A stretch of DNA of 63,381 nucleotides, filler included, from Octopus bimaculoides (lineage: Eukaryota): the NCBI RefSeq assembly GCF_001194135.2. It is 5 parts of 4 records of this genome, joined end to end, with 100 filler letters (N's around TTAATTAATTAA, not from the genome) between each part and the next. Parts side by side here need not be neighbours in the genome. Positions count along the whole stretch, not along the records: positions 1 to 21,817 come from NC_068982.1; 4 more parts are not named here. One strand, given 5' to 3'. The notes beneath the pieces are model-generated. The model was not told where the DNA came from. It searched no databases and was given only the letters and a program-made list of their open reading frames with translations. The position numbers were made by a program, and so were the translations under genes. Below are positions 1-11,250 of the stretch, piece after piece (the stretch's first letter is position 1; each line of letters opens with the position of its first letter).

Positions 1-180
1 GGTGACACGTAAAAGCACCCACTACACTCTCTGAGTGGTTGGCGTTAGGAAGGGCATCCAGCTGTAGAAACTCTGCCAAATTAGACTGGAGCCTGGTGTT
101 GCCATCCGGTTTCACCAGTCCTCAGTCAAATCGTCCAACCCATGCTAGCATGGAAAGCGGACGTTAAACGATGATGATGT
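1..180 (+). mobile_element. RTE-related non-autonomous retroposon/SINE (family B), 3' part
   Basis: GGCGTTAGGAAGGGCATCCAGCTGTAGAAAC ... CCAACCCATGCTAGCATGGAAAGCGGACGTTAAACG followed by a (GAT)n tail; the same sequence recurs many times in the window. Confidence 0.75.
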
Positions 181-194
181 ATGTATGTATGTAT

Positions 195-420
195 GTATAT
201 ATATTTGTTATTTGTGTCTGTGTTTCCCCGCCACAATTGCTTGACAACCGATGTTGGTGTGTTTATGTCCTCCGTAACTTAGCGGTTCGGCAAAAAGAGA
301 ACTGAGAGAAAAAAGTACTAGGCTTACAAAGAATACTTCCCCGGGTTGATTTGTTCGACTAAGGACGATGCTCCAGCATGGCCGCAGTCAAATGATTGAA
401 ACAAATAAGGAGAATAAAAA
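195..420 (+). mobile_element. tRNA-derived SINE (family A), 3' half
   Basis: TTGACAACCGATGTTGGTGTGTTT...CTTAGCGGTTCGGCAAAA...CTCCAGCATGGCCGCAGTCAAATGA, matching the 3' half of the full copies at 2395, 6280 and 14030. Confidence 0.8.
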
Positions 421-607
421 TTAAAAAGGACTACCAAGCATTTCACCAATGCAATCATGTGTTGTGACTAATGAATGCACAGGAAGGAATATGTTTATGG
501 TACTTCGTTATCATTCAAATTGAATATAGGGTTGGTGAGATAAATAAATGGTAATTAACTGAGCCTCAATGAGCTTCGTGACTTTGTTCAAAGTGAAACA
601 CAAATTA

Positions 608-875
608 TGTGCATGCATGTGTGTTTGTGTTTGTGTATGTATGTATGTGTGTGTTTATGTATGTGTGTTTCTTTGTGTTGCTGGGTGTGTGTGTTTGTGT
701 GTGTATGTGTTTGCATATGTGTGTGTTTGCATGTGAGTGTCTGCACGTGTATGTCTGTTTGTGTGTATTTGAGTGTGTTTGTGTGTGTCTGTGTGTGTCT
801 GTGTGTGCATGTTTGTGTGTTTGTGTGCATGTTTGTGTGTGTTTGCATATGTGTGTGTTTTTGTGTATGAGTGTT

Positions 876-906
<31 letters not shown>

Positions 907-1040
907 GTGTTTGTGTGTTTATGTGTGTGTGTGTGTGTGTGTGCTTGTGTGTGAATGTTTGCATGTGTATGTCTGTGTGTGTGTGTGTGTGCATGCGTGC
1001 ATGCATGTGTGTGTGTGAGTGTGTGTGTGTGTGTATGTGT
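608..1040. repeat. degenerate (TG)n microsatellite
   Basis: Direct inspection; source of the spurious HT/CV ORFs. Confidence 0.95.
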
Positions 1041-1644
1041 TAGTGTTGCCATGCCTTCGGCCCTTAATTCCTGATGATGTCATAGTGGGGCACAGTCATA
1101 TATATATGATGTCTTTGGCATTTTTAAACTGGGCAAAGCCCACCATCTTCTTGTCTGAACACAGTTGATTTCTTCCAGAAAGAAAGAAAATGAGAATTGA
1201 TGACTGTACAGGTGTGTTAATTTATGTCAACCCCAAAAGGCTGAAAGGCAAATTCATGATATTTGATATCAGACTGCAGAGAGCTGTATTGAATAAATCA
1301 AGTCTGTATAACCATTGCTCACATGATTTAGGTAAGTTATTTACCAATCTACCAACCCAGCTATCATCGTTTCCCAACACATTCACTATAAAAATTAATG
1401 CCCCTTTATATTCAAAGCCCAACCCTACAGCGGTAATAAGAGATCCTGTAAACTCTACCTCTGTGAAACCCTTGAAATTCCCTTTGCCAACAGTTAAAAA
1501 ATCCTTAGTAAGTGTAACGAACTAATTGTCAAGTGTAGACAATTAAAATTTACATTCAAGATAATGATGATGATGATGATAATGATGATAATTAAAGAAC
1601 TTTGTTGGGGAGGAAGGATAAGTATAATGGGCATTTTATTTTTA

Positions 1645-2065
1645 TGATGCTAGTGCCACTAGACTGACTGGCTCCTGTGCTGGTGGCACGTAAACAGCAC
1701 CATCCAAATATGATCGATGCCAGTAGACCCTGACTGGCTCCTGTGCTGGTGGCACGTAAACAGCACCATCCGAATATGGTCAATGCCAGGGCCCCCTGAC
1801 TGGCTCCTGTGCCAGTGGCATGTAAAAAGCACCATCCAAACGAGATCAATGTCAGTACCCCCTGACTGGCTCTCGTGCTGGTGGCATATAAAAAGTACCC
1901 ACACCCACTACACTCTTGGAGTGGTTAGGGTTAGGAAGGGCATCCAGCTGTAGAAACATTGCCAGATCAGATTGGAGTCTGGTGCAACCTCCTGGCTTGC
2001 CAGTCCTCAATCTCACCGTCCAACCCACACCAGCATGGAAAGCGGACGTTAATCAATGATGATGA
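1645..2065 (+). mobile_element. family B retroposon with four tandem 66-bp units in its 5' part
   Basis: CTGACTGGCTC starts at 1664, 1730, 1796 and 1862 (period 66), followed by the family B body and (GAT)n tail. Confidence 0.8.
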
Positions 2066-2394
2066 TGATGACGACCATGATGATGATGGTTGTGATGATG
2101 ATGATGATGGTTGTGATGATGATGATATCTTTTCTTATAACTTCATAATATATTTTTCATTAATTCTACCATAATTTTCATTGTCTTCTACTATTTTTCT
2201 TATTCTTGTTTTAAACCATCTCTTGTTATTCTTCTTTGTTTTATCTTGGTCTTTTAAGGTCTTCATCTCTTCTTCCTCTTATTTTAGCCAGACTGATTCC
2301 AATCCTGTTTCTGTGGATCACCTCGTATTTTCCACTTTATTTGCATGCATATATGTACATATGTATAGACATATACATTTGTATGTATGTGTCT

Positions 2395-2553
2395 TTAGGA
2401 GTGGTTATGTGGTAATAAGCTTGATTCCAAACCACATGGTCCTGGGTTCAGTCCCACTGCATGGCACCTAGGGCAAGTATCTTCTACTGTAGCCTTGGGC
2501 TGACCAAAGCCTTGTGAGTGGATTTGGTAGATGGAAACTGAAAGAAGCCTATA

Positions 2554-2603
<50 letters not shown>

Positions 2604-2800
2604 GTGTGTATATGTTTGTGTGTCTGTGCTTGTGCCCCCAACATTGCTTGACAACCAATGGTGGTGTGTTTACGTCCCCGTGAGTTAGCGGTTTGGCAAG
2701 ATAGAGACCGATACAATAAGTACTAGTATTACAAAGAATAAGTCCTGGGGTCGATTTGCTCGACTAAAGGTGGTACTCCAGCATGGCCACCGTCAAATGA
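2395..2800 (+). mobile_element. SINE family A, near full length
   Basis: tRNA-like head (GAGTGGTTATGTGGTAATAAGC...GGGTTCAGTCCC), core GGGCAAGTATCTTCTACTGTAGCC...GGAAACTGAAAGAAGCC, internal TA/TG tract, 3' half. Confidence 0.85.
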
Positions 2801-2910
2801 GATGAAAGGTTGAATTTTTTTTTTCCTTTTATCGAACGACAATGAACTGGAAAGCAGTTCTTTCTATATTCCTCGGTAGGCAACCAGGGTTGCTGAGTGT
2901 GCAAAAACGA

Positions 2911-3216
2911 ATACAAGAGTTACAGAATAGAGTATGGGAAATCCGGGCAACATATGTTTCATAGTGATTGGAACCTCAGAAGTGGTAAAATCTAAGTGAG
3001 ATGTATACCACCGGCTACTCTTCAGGTCAAGGATATCATCAGACACACACACACACACACACACACACACTCATGTGAGGGGTGCTGGAAAGTTCCTGGC
3101 GTTGAGTACAAAAAAATACAAGAGGATCATTTAATTAAGATTATATTCAACATATGTAACCTGCTATGAAACATATGTAGCCCGGATTTCCCATACTCCA
3201 TTCTGTAACTCTTGCA
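2911..3216. mobile_element. non-autonomous DNA transposon (MITE) with ~54-bp terminal inverted repeats
   Basis: TACAAGAGTTACAGAATAGAGTATGGGAAATCCGGGCAACATATGTTTCATAG (from ~2911) is the reverse complement of CTATGAAACATATGTAGCCCGGATTTCCCATACTCCATTCTGTAACTCTTGCA (to ~3216); a mariner-like end fragment lies inside. Confidence 0.7.
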
Positions 3217-3248
3217 TATCTATCTATCTATCTAACTATCTCTCTGTC

Positions 3249-3295
<47 letters not shown>

Positions 3296-3721
3296 NNNNN
3301 NNNNNNNNNNNNNNNNNNNNNNNNNNNNNNNNNNNNNNNNNNNNNNNNNNNNNNNNNNNNNNNNNNNNNNNNNNNNNNNNNNNNNNNNNNNNNNNNNNNN
3401 NNNNNNNNNNNNNNNNNNNNNNNNNNNNNNNNNNNNNNNNNNNNNNNNNNNNNNNNNNNNNNNNNNNNNNNNNNNNNNNNNNNNNNNNNNNNNNNNNNNN
3501 NNNNNNNNNNNNNNNNNNNNNNNNNNNNNNNNNNNNNNNNNNNNNNNNNNNNNNNNNNNNNNNNNNNNNNNNNNNNNNNNNNNNNNNNNNNNNNNNNNNN
3601 NNNNNNNNNNNNNNNNNNNNNNNNNNNNNNNNNNNNNNNNNNNNNNNNNNNNNNNNNNNNNNNNNNNNNNNNNNNNNNNNNNNNNNNNNNNNNTATATAT
3701 ATGTATATGTATATGTATATA

Positions 3722-4015
3722 TATCATCATCATCATCATTTAACGTCCACTTTCCATGCTAGCATGGGTTGGATGATTTGACTGGGGACTGGCGAAGCGG
3801 ATGGCTACACCAGACTCCAATCTGATCTGGCAGAGTTTCTACAGCTGGATGCCCTAACGCCAACCACTCCGAGAGTGTAGTGGGTGCTTTTTACGTGCCA
3901 CCAGCACGAGGGCCAGTCCGGTGGTACTAGCAACAGCCACACTCAAATGTTGCTTTTTATGTGCCACCTTCACAGGAGTCAGCCAATGTTTTGTTCACAT
4001 GCCACCAGCACAAGT
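3722..4015 (-). mobile_element. family B retroposon
   Basis: (ATC)n then TTTAACGTCCACTTTCCATGCTAGCATGGGTTGG..., the reverse complement of family B. Confidence 0.8.
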
Positions 4016-4087
4016 GCCAGTAAGGCGAAGCTGGAAACGATCGCTCTCAAATGGGCTTCCATGCTTCCATGACTCCAAAGGGTATAC

Positions 4088-4251
4088 CGATGGAATTCAT
4101 ATAGCATGCAGGTTCGATGAATTGGGCAAGTTTCAAATTAGAACTAAGACAAAATAACCAGCATCTGGCACTCAACATTGTGAGTTGGGTGTCAAGGTGG
4201 GGGTGTGTGGGACACAGCAACTTCATCCTGTAATATATCCTGTTACAGAAA
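4088..4251 (-). CDS. host gene coding exon D (tFCNRIYYRMKLLCPTHPHLDTQLTMLSARCWLFCLSSNLKLAQFIEPACYMNSI); could instead read through to the stop at 4047-4049
   Basis: Polypyrimidine acceptor TTTCTATTTTTCATTCGATGCAG|, open frame whose phase continues exon C (AC|T = Thr); weak donor |GTATAC. Confidence 0.6.
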
Positions 4252-4359
4252 CTGCATCGAATGAAAAATAGAAAAATGAAAGGAAGCAGAGAGCGGCAGC
4301 CTTATGTTTCACAGGGAATGATTCACTGATGATTCAGTTAGTATACTGCTGCTAGAGTT

Positions 4360-4460
4360 AGTATATGCATATATATATGTGTGTGTGTGTATATATATAT
4401 ATACATATATATATATAGATATAGATATACACACACTCACATATATATATACTAACACTA

Positions 4461-4555
<95 letters not shown>

Positions 4556-4680
4556 TTTATGTATATAGATAGATATATATATTTATACATGTATATGTGT
4601 GTGTGTGATGTATATGTGTGTGTGTGTGTATATATATATATGTATATACCACGCACACCCACACACATCCACACACACAT
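4360..4680. repeat. (TA)n/(TG)n/(CA)n compound microsatellite
   Basis: Direct inspection. Confidence 0.95.
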
Positions 4681-5352
4681 TTACTGTAAGAAAAGATAGA
4701 TTGGATGGTGTAGTTTCTATGTGTTTGAGCAGGTGATATGGTATACATTTTATACCTGATAACAGAATATGCCTTCAAGGCCTGTGTTTCTACTAGTCAT
4801 AATAACCCTATTTAGATTCAATGCAGTAACGAAAAAGAAAAAAAAAATGTTATGTTGTCAAAAATGAAAAAAAATGGTCTCTATTAGGGACTTGCCCCCA
4901 AACTTTATACTATCAAACATTAAATAAATAATCTGAGTAAAAAATAAAAATATTAAAAAACATTTTGTGAAAATAGTTCCAACATATAGTTCAAAGAGTG
5001 AAAAAGATCGTTATAAGTTGTTGTTGCTTTTGGCATTTTAATTTATCTTTTCACTTCTGACATAGGTAGGTTAGGATGCACAGCATCTTACCAATCATTG
5101 AATTCTTTAGTATTTGCTTCTTAGGCTCAGCTTCCAGAGATTCGATCATGACACTTCATCCTGTGTTTTTCATTTTTAGTCAGCATACCACATATTTATT
5201 TCCCAGCATGCACTGTCTGCTATCATTTTCTATTCTGTATACATCACTTAACATTGTTTTTGCTTAACCGATCTCTCATCTCAGTTGAGTTCTACCCTTC
5301 ATACATGCCATCAGAATGCATCCAATGGAAAATCCTCTACATTCAGATCATA

Positions 5353-5579
5353 TACATAGGTGCAGAAAAGTTCCTGGTTTTTGGTAAAAATAAAAAAATG
5401 CAGGAAAATCAGTTAATTATGATTTTATTTAACATATTCCTCTCTCAGATTCACACACTTATTGCAGCAGTCCTTCAGTTTTTCTAAACCCTGTAAAAGA
5501 ACTTGGAAAGGTAGACCCCACACCAACCAGACCTTTTGCGATACCCTTAAAACCAGGAACTTTTCAACACCCCATCATA
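5353..5579. mobile_element. mariner-type MITE
   Basis: Imperfect TIRs TA-CATAGGTGCAGAAAAGTTCCTGG ... CCAGGAACTTTTCAACACCCCATCA-TA; similar end fragments near 3075 and 11070. Confidence 0.65.
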
Positions 5580-5691
5580 TCTAATTACCACGCAGTCATA
5601 TGAACCTTTACAATCTCTCAACATGCTTGAAATAGCAGCCAAATCGCTCTTAGTCAAATCCCACCCAGTTGAACAATGAAGGACATTTTTG

Positions 5692-6095
5692 ATATTGCAC
5701 TAGTAAGCCTAGTACTTATTCTATCGGTCTCTTTTTGCAGAACCGCTAAGTTACGGAGACGTAAACACACCAGCATCGGTTGTCAAGCGATGTTGGGGGG
5801 GGGGGACAAACACAGACACACAAACACACACACACACACANNNNNNNNNNAGCATCGGTTGTCAAGCGATGCTGGGGGGGGGGGGAACAAACACAGACAC
5901 ACAAACACACACACACACACATATATATATGTATACATATATATGATGGGCTTCTTTCAGTTTCCATCTACCAAATCCACTCACAAGTTTTGGTCGGCCT
6001 GAGGCTATAATGGAAGACACTTGCCCAAAGTGCCATGCAGTGGGACTGAACCCGGAACCATGTGGTTCGTAAGCAAGCTACTTACCACACAGCCA
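5692..6095 (-). mobile_element. SINE family A
   Basis: Reverse complement of family A; contains a duplicated overlap across a 10-N gap. Confidence 0.85.
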
Positions 6096-6279
6096 AGGTT
6101 TTTGCAGACTTTTCTAGTTTCTATTACTTGTCGTTTCCTTAATATTATCCTTGGTTACTTTCAATCGTTTCTGAAAGTCTGCATTGAATTTTCATGTTTC
6201 AGTCTTGTTCTCAAATTCCAAAAGAGGACTTCTAAATTGGAGCCAGAGATATCTTCTTGTGTTTCTACAAATATATTCT

Positions 6280-6662
6280 TTTATTTGTTTCAGTCATTTG
6301 ACTGCGGCCATGCAGGAGCACTGCCTTTAGTCAAGAAAATCGACCCCAGGACTTATTCTTTGTAAGCCTAGTACTTATTCTGTCGGTCTCTTTTTGCCAA
6401 ACCTCTAAGTTACAGGGATGTAAACACACCAGCATCAGTTGTCAGGCAATGATGTGGGGGGGACAAACACAGACGCACAAACATACACACACACACACAC
6501 ACACACATATGACGGGCTTCTTTCAGTTTCCATCTACCAAATCCACTCACAATGCTTTGGTTGGCCCGAGGCTATAGTAGAAGACACTTACCCAAGGTAC
6601 CACATAGTGGAACTGAACCCGGAACCATGTGATTGGTAAGCAAGCTACTTACCACACAGCCT
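6280..6662 (-). mobile_element. SINE family A, full length
   Basis: Reverse complement of head, core and tail. Confidence 0.85.
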
Positions 6663-6942
6663 CTCTTGTGCCTATATCATTACAAATATATATTAAAGCA
6701 ACAATGCTGAAAGTTAATCACTCGCCTTGTATATATATTCAATTCTTTTCTGGAAATAGGGCTTATTCAGGTTTCAGCTTTAGCTTCCATATAGTATCAC
6801 TTAGACAATTCTCATTAGTTTGTCATTCACTCTGATATTCCTCATTGTTCACAAGATTAGAGAAGCCTTCTCTATTTTAACTTAACACAAAGTAGAATAT
6901 GATAGTTCTATTTTAGCCATTAGCAAATGTTGTATATAACAT

Positions 6943-6996
<54 letters not shown>

Positions 6997-7347
6997 TTAA
7001 TCTCAAAAGGTTTTTAATATCCATTTCATTATATATATGGTGTATGGGTGAGTATTTGTGTGTGTGTGTGTGTGTGTGTGTGAGAGTCAGTATGTATGCA
7101 TTAGTTAGTATAAATGTTCTATATTTCTTAGGTCTAAGACAGATTTTTCTCTTGTCAATCTCTACAGAAATCTGAAGAATCAGCAGTGTGATTTCTATAT
7201 CTAATAACATTTAGTTGGTTCCGTTGTATTTATTTTATAATAGTCTTTCTTTACTGTCTTCATTTCCATTATTGGTTTCATATTTTTCATTATGTTTTTT
7301 TTCTTCTTATTTTGCTTAAGTTTATCAAACTAAGAAATAGATTGTAC

Positions 7348-7391
7348 GTCCATTCTATATAAGTTGAATAGTTTGTAGCGAGTGTTTCCAG
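7348..7391 (-). CDS. host gene coding exon C (LETLATNYSTYIEW-T), 44 nt
   Basis: Acceptor TTTTATTTTCTATAG|, phase 0 in and phase 2 out, matching exons B and D; weak donor |GTACAA. Confidence 0.6.
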
Positions 7392-7564
7392 CTATAGAAA
7401 ATAAAACTAAAAATCATTAAAAAATCCAACTTAATCCAACAATACATATGCAAATATTTAAATTTGCAGAACCATCCCACCCATGAAGAAGTAAATGTAA
7501 AAATCATACAGAAAAAGAAATATAATTATGGTTTTAAGATATCTTAAAATAAATTAACTCTTAC

Positions 7565-7645
7565 ACTCGGCTTCTTAAATATAAGATTGTCTCTCCAAAG
7601 ATTAGTAAAACAATCTAGAGTTGACCTTTCTGCTTTGTTTAATTC
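7565..7645 (-). CDS. host gene coding exon B (ELNKAERSTLDCFTNLWRDNLIFKKPS), 81 nt
   Basis: Acceptor TAATTTTCTTCAG|, donor |GTAAGA, phase 0-0, open. Confidence 0.7.
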
Positions 7646-8110
7646 CTGAAGAAAATTAATCACATTCCTATGATATTCAAATGTTGAAATTGTTCTCACA
7701 CTAGCAAGCAGCATTTCATTCTTTGGAACTACCAGAGCATGAGAGTGAAAGACTACTGCCTTCTTATATAGCATTCCATAAAAGAAGGTATATATAAAGA
7801 CATATTGCTTTCAGTTGGTGCATCAGATATAAGCTTTTAAAAATTTCTGTTATTTATTTCAATATTTACTCGTATGTTTTCTAGTGAGTCAGCATGATAT
7901 TTCTGGAATCATTGGCACATTAAAATATTAACCAAATATCTTTTGTTTTCTTTAGTTGCAAGAATTTTTACAGTCGAATAATCACAGTCTTCTGAGAGAT
8001 TATGAGGAGAAATAAAACAAAAATTCATGCTGTCTTTGAGTGTGAATATCACACATAAACAGCAATACATATCTATCACGGACCTGATTGTTAGAACTAC
8101 ATCTTCCCCT

Positions 8111-8152
<42 letters not shown>

Positions 8153-8594
8153 ATCTCTCCTACACACACACACATACACTCACATGTGTGTGTATAGTCT
8201 TGCATATGCAAAATACATATATGTGGAAACTATTGTGGGTATACGTAAATGTGTTTGTTATAACATATGTGTCTGTGTATCTTTCTCTCTCTCTCTCTCT
8301 CTCGACTCACACAATTACACACACACACACACACACATCAAGGTATTCTAAGCATTGCTTGTACATGCATATATTGTATATGTACAGAATCATATTTCAT
8401 ATTTAATTTATCTCTATGTGCAACAAATAGAATCGACTGCTAAACATTTTTGTAATCATCAGGTGATCATTACACTATTACCTCCAGAAAGAACGTATAT
8501 TTGTTTGTTTTCCTCTTTTCCCTCTTCTTTCTCTGTCGTTTAAACATTGTCATTATCGTGATATTCCTCACACCGGGGGTGGGCATATACTTAC

Positions 8595-8719
8595 CACCTC
8601 CTGCATGCAACATGTAATCAGAACTATTGCCAGAATCCAATAAGCATTATGTGAGGCTGAATAATGAAGCAGTTGCCTCTTGTTTTTCCAGGATCTGGGG
8701 GACTTAAATGCATTGAAAG
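8595..8719 (-). CDS. host gene coding exon A (FNAFKSPRSWKNKRQLLHYSASHNAYWILAIVLITCCMQEV), 125 nt
   Basis: Textbook acceptor TTTTTTTTTTCTTCTCCCTCTAAG| and donor GTG|GTAAGT; single open frame ending in phase 0. Confidence 0.75.
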
Positions 8720-8880
8720 CTTAGAGGGAGAAGAAAAAAAAATCATTTTGTAAATGCAGCAACATAAGGCAGATAGATTAATAAATTTTATATATGAATA
8801 AATATAACCTTGCTCTGGTGCTCCCATAAAATATTTATACCATATGTATTTATGTTTTCTCTCTCTCTCTCTATATATAT

Positions 8881-8928
<48 letters not shown>

Positions 8929-9424
8929 NNNNNNNNNNNNNNNNNNNNNNNNNNNNNNNNNNNNNNNNNNNNNNNNNNNNNNNNNNNNNNNNNNNNNNNN
9001 NNNNNNNNNNNNNNNNNNNNNNNNNNNNNNNNNNNNNNNNNNNNNNNNNNNNNNNNNNNNNNNNNNNNNNNNNNNNNNNNNNNNNNNNNNNNNNNNNNNN
9101 NNNNNNNNNNNNNNNNNNNNNNNNNNNNNNNNNNNNNNNNNNNNNNNNNNNNNNNNNNNNNNNNNNNNNNNNNNNNNNNNNNNNNNNNNNNNNNNNNNNN
9201 NNNNNNNNNNNNNNNNNNNNNNNNNNNNNNNNNNNNNNNNNNNNNNNNNNNNNNNNNNNNNNNNNNNNNNNNNNNNNNNNNNNNNNNNNNNNNNNNNNNN
9301 NNNNNNNNNNNNNNNNNNNNNNNNNNNNNNNNNNNNNNNNNNNNNNNNNNNNNTATATATATAATATATTTAAAGAGAAAGAAAGAGAGAGAGAGAGAGA
9401 GAAGTCATCATTGCAAATATTAGT

Positions 9425-9792
9425 TTCATATTTTTCATGATCTTTTTCTCATCTTGCTTAAGTTTAGCAAACCAAGAAATAGATTGCACTTTCATAGTAT
9501 ATACTTGGATAGTTTGTATTGAGTGTTGCTGGCTATAGAAAATAAGAACAGAAATAGAATAAAATGAAAATAATTAAAAAAAAAAACATTTAATCCAACA
9601 ATAGATATGCAAATATTCAAATTTGCAGAACCATCCTGCTCATGAAGAAGTAAATGTGAAAAAAAAAAAAAGAGAAAATGAAATATAGTTATGGTTTTAA
9701 GATATCTTGAAATAAATTAACTTATACACTTAGCTTCTTAAGGATAAGATCGTCTCTTCAAAGATTAGTGAAACACTCTAATTTTGACCTTT
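9425..9792 (-). pseudogene. dead duplicate of the exon B (partial) - intron - exon C block
   Basis: Aligns by eye to ~7290-7628. The exon B copy has TGG>TGA, lacks its acceptor, and its donor is changed to GTATAA; the exon C copy (9490-9532) is 43 nt, i.e. frameshifted. Confidence 0.7.
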
Positions 9793-10684
9793 ATATGTAT
9801 AGTGTACTCCGTTGAGTACAAATGCATCCTATTAGCATGCATGAATGTGTGAAGTATGTGGTTTGGATGGGTCATTGTGGTCTGAGCTGGTGGGTGCTTC
9901 TTATTCAGAGTTACTTCCCTTCTAGATGGATTGAAGGACCACATCTTCCTTGTACATTATTTTTCTAGTATGGTTGCTGCATCTGGCTGCCCTTCCTTGT
10001 ACAAACCACTTTATCATGTATTGAATACATTTCATTGTGGCACCATCATAACAGAGGTTTCCATGTCCCTCACAAGATAAAGGACCCTCTTGACATTATG
10101 TGGTTTCTGCTTGATTGCTAATGACTTCAGAGAGAATATCAGATGTATTTTATCATGGCACCAACACTAGTATGGTTGACTTGTACTTCACAAGACAAAA
10201 GAGTCCCCAATACTCTGTATTCAAAGCAACATGACCAATTGAGTGAATAAAAAAGGAGACACGAATGGGAGGAGTAATGGGAGAGAAACACAAATGGAAG
10301 CTATATGTTTGCTGGTAAGAGAGAGAGAGATAGAGAAAGAGAATGTGTGTGATGTATAGTCATATGAATGGCCAATGGTAAGGGTGTGAAAGATGTCTAT
10401 AGTAAGTGTTCTGGGGGAGAAGGAATTGTGGCTACCAACACAGGAGAACAGTGTTTGCNNNNNNNNNNNNNNNNNNNNNNNNNNNNNNNNNNNNNNNNNN
10501 NNNNNNNNNNNNNNNNNNNNNNNNNNNNNNNNNNNNNNNNNNNNNNNNNNNNNNNNNNNNNNNNNNNNNNNNNNNNNNNNNNNNNNNNNNNNNNNNNNNN
10601 NNNNNNNNNNNNNNNNNNNNNNNNNNNNNNNNNNNNNNNNNNNNNNNNNNNNNNNNNNNNNNNNNNNNNNNNNNNNNNNNNNNN

Positions 10685-10807
10685 GGGCAAGTGTCTTCTA
10701 CTATAGCCTCGGGCCGACCAAAGCCTTGTGAGTGGATTTGGTAGATAGAAACTGAAAAAAGCCTGTCGTATATATATATGTGCGTGTGTGTGTGTGTGTG
10801 TGTGAGA

Positions 10808-10839
<32 letters not shown>

Positions 10840-11030
10840 TTGTCCCCCCCAACATCACTTGACAACCAATGGTGGTGTGTTTACGTCCCCGTAACTTAGC
10901 GGTGTGGCAAAAGATACCGATAGAATAAGTACTAGGCTTGCAAAGAATAAGTCCTGGGGTCAATTTGCTCGACTAAAGGCGGTGCTCCAGCATGTCCACA
11001 GTCAAATGACTGAAACAAGTAAAAGAGGAA
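10685..11030 (+). mobile_element. SINE family A (head lost in gap)
   Basis: GGGCAAGTGTCTTCTACTATAGCCTCGGGCCGACCAAAGCC... through AAATGACTGAAACAAGTAAAAGA. Confidence 0.85.
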
Positions 11031-11150
11031 GAGAGTAACTGATTCTCCTGGATTTTCTTTTACCCAGAACCAGGAACTTTTCAGCATCTCTCGTAACATA
11101 GGGATAAGTGGCAGCAGATGAAGACTTGACAGATTAGGCAACAGTCTTGA

Positions 11151-11219
11151 GCATATAGCATAGTGGTTAAGAGCGTGGGCTACTAATCCCAAGATTCCGA
11201 GTTCGATTCCAGGCAGTGA

Positions 11220-11250
<31 letters not shown>

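Noticed and set aside
588-1052. Long HT/CV, YI, poly-N/I/Y/D/H and X-rich ORFs across the window
   Set aside because: Translations of microsatellites or N gaps, not genes.
1664-1730. HDV-like ribozyme in the 66-bp unit (GGC-TCCTGT-GCC resembles P3/L3; CGAA resembles J4/2)
   Set aside because: Could not build P1 or P1.1; a competing GGTG/CACC stem follows directly. Would need an Infernal or RNArobo search.
1664-1905. 66-bp array (and the 21-bp array at 32516) as CRISPR-like
   Set aside because: Units are contiguous tandem copies without unique spacers, in eukaryotic DNA with no cas genes.
5092-5330. Minus-strand exon ending at a GTAAGA donor
   Set aside because: Stops in all frames within ~60 nt and no good acceptor; looks like an old LINE remnant.
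5771-5920. Tandem duplication inside a SINE
   Set aside because: The copies straddle a 10-N gap and differ only in homopolymer length; probably an assembly or haplotype artefact.
9790-10300. Possible old Tx1 ORF1 remnant
   Set aside because: Only a vague knuckle-like resemblance after assuming frameshifts; not supportable.
11151-11225. Genuine tRNA-Ser gene
   Set aside because: No acceptor stem or long variable arm, and it is embedded in a TSD-flanked repeat.
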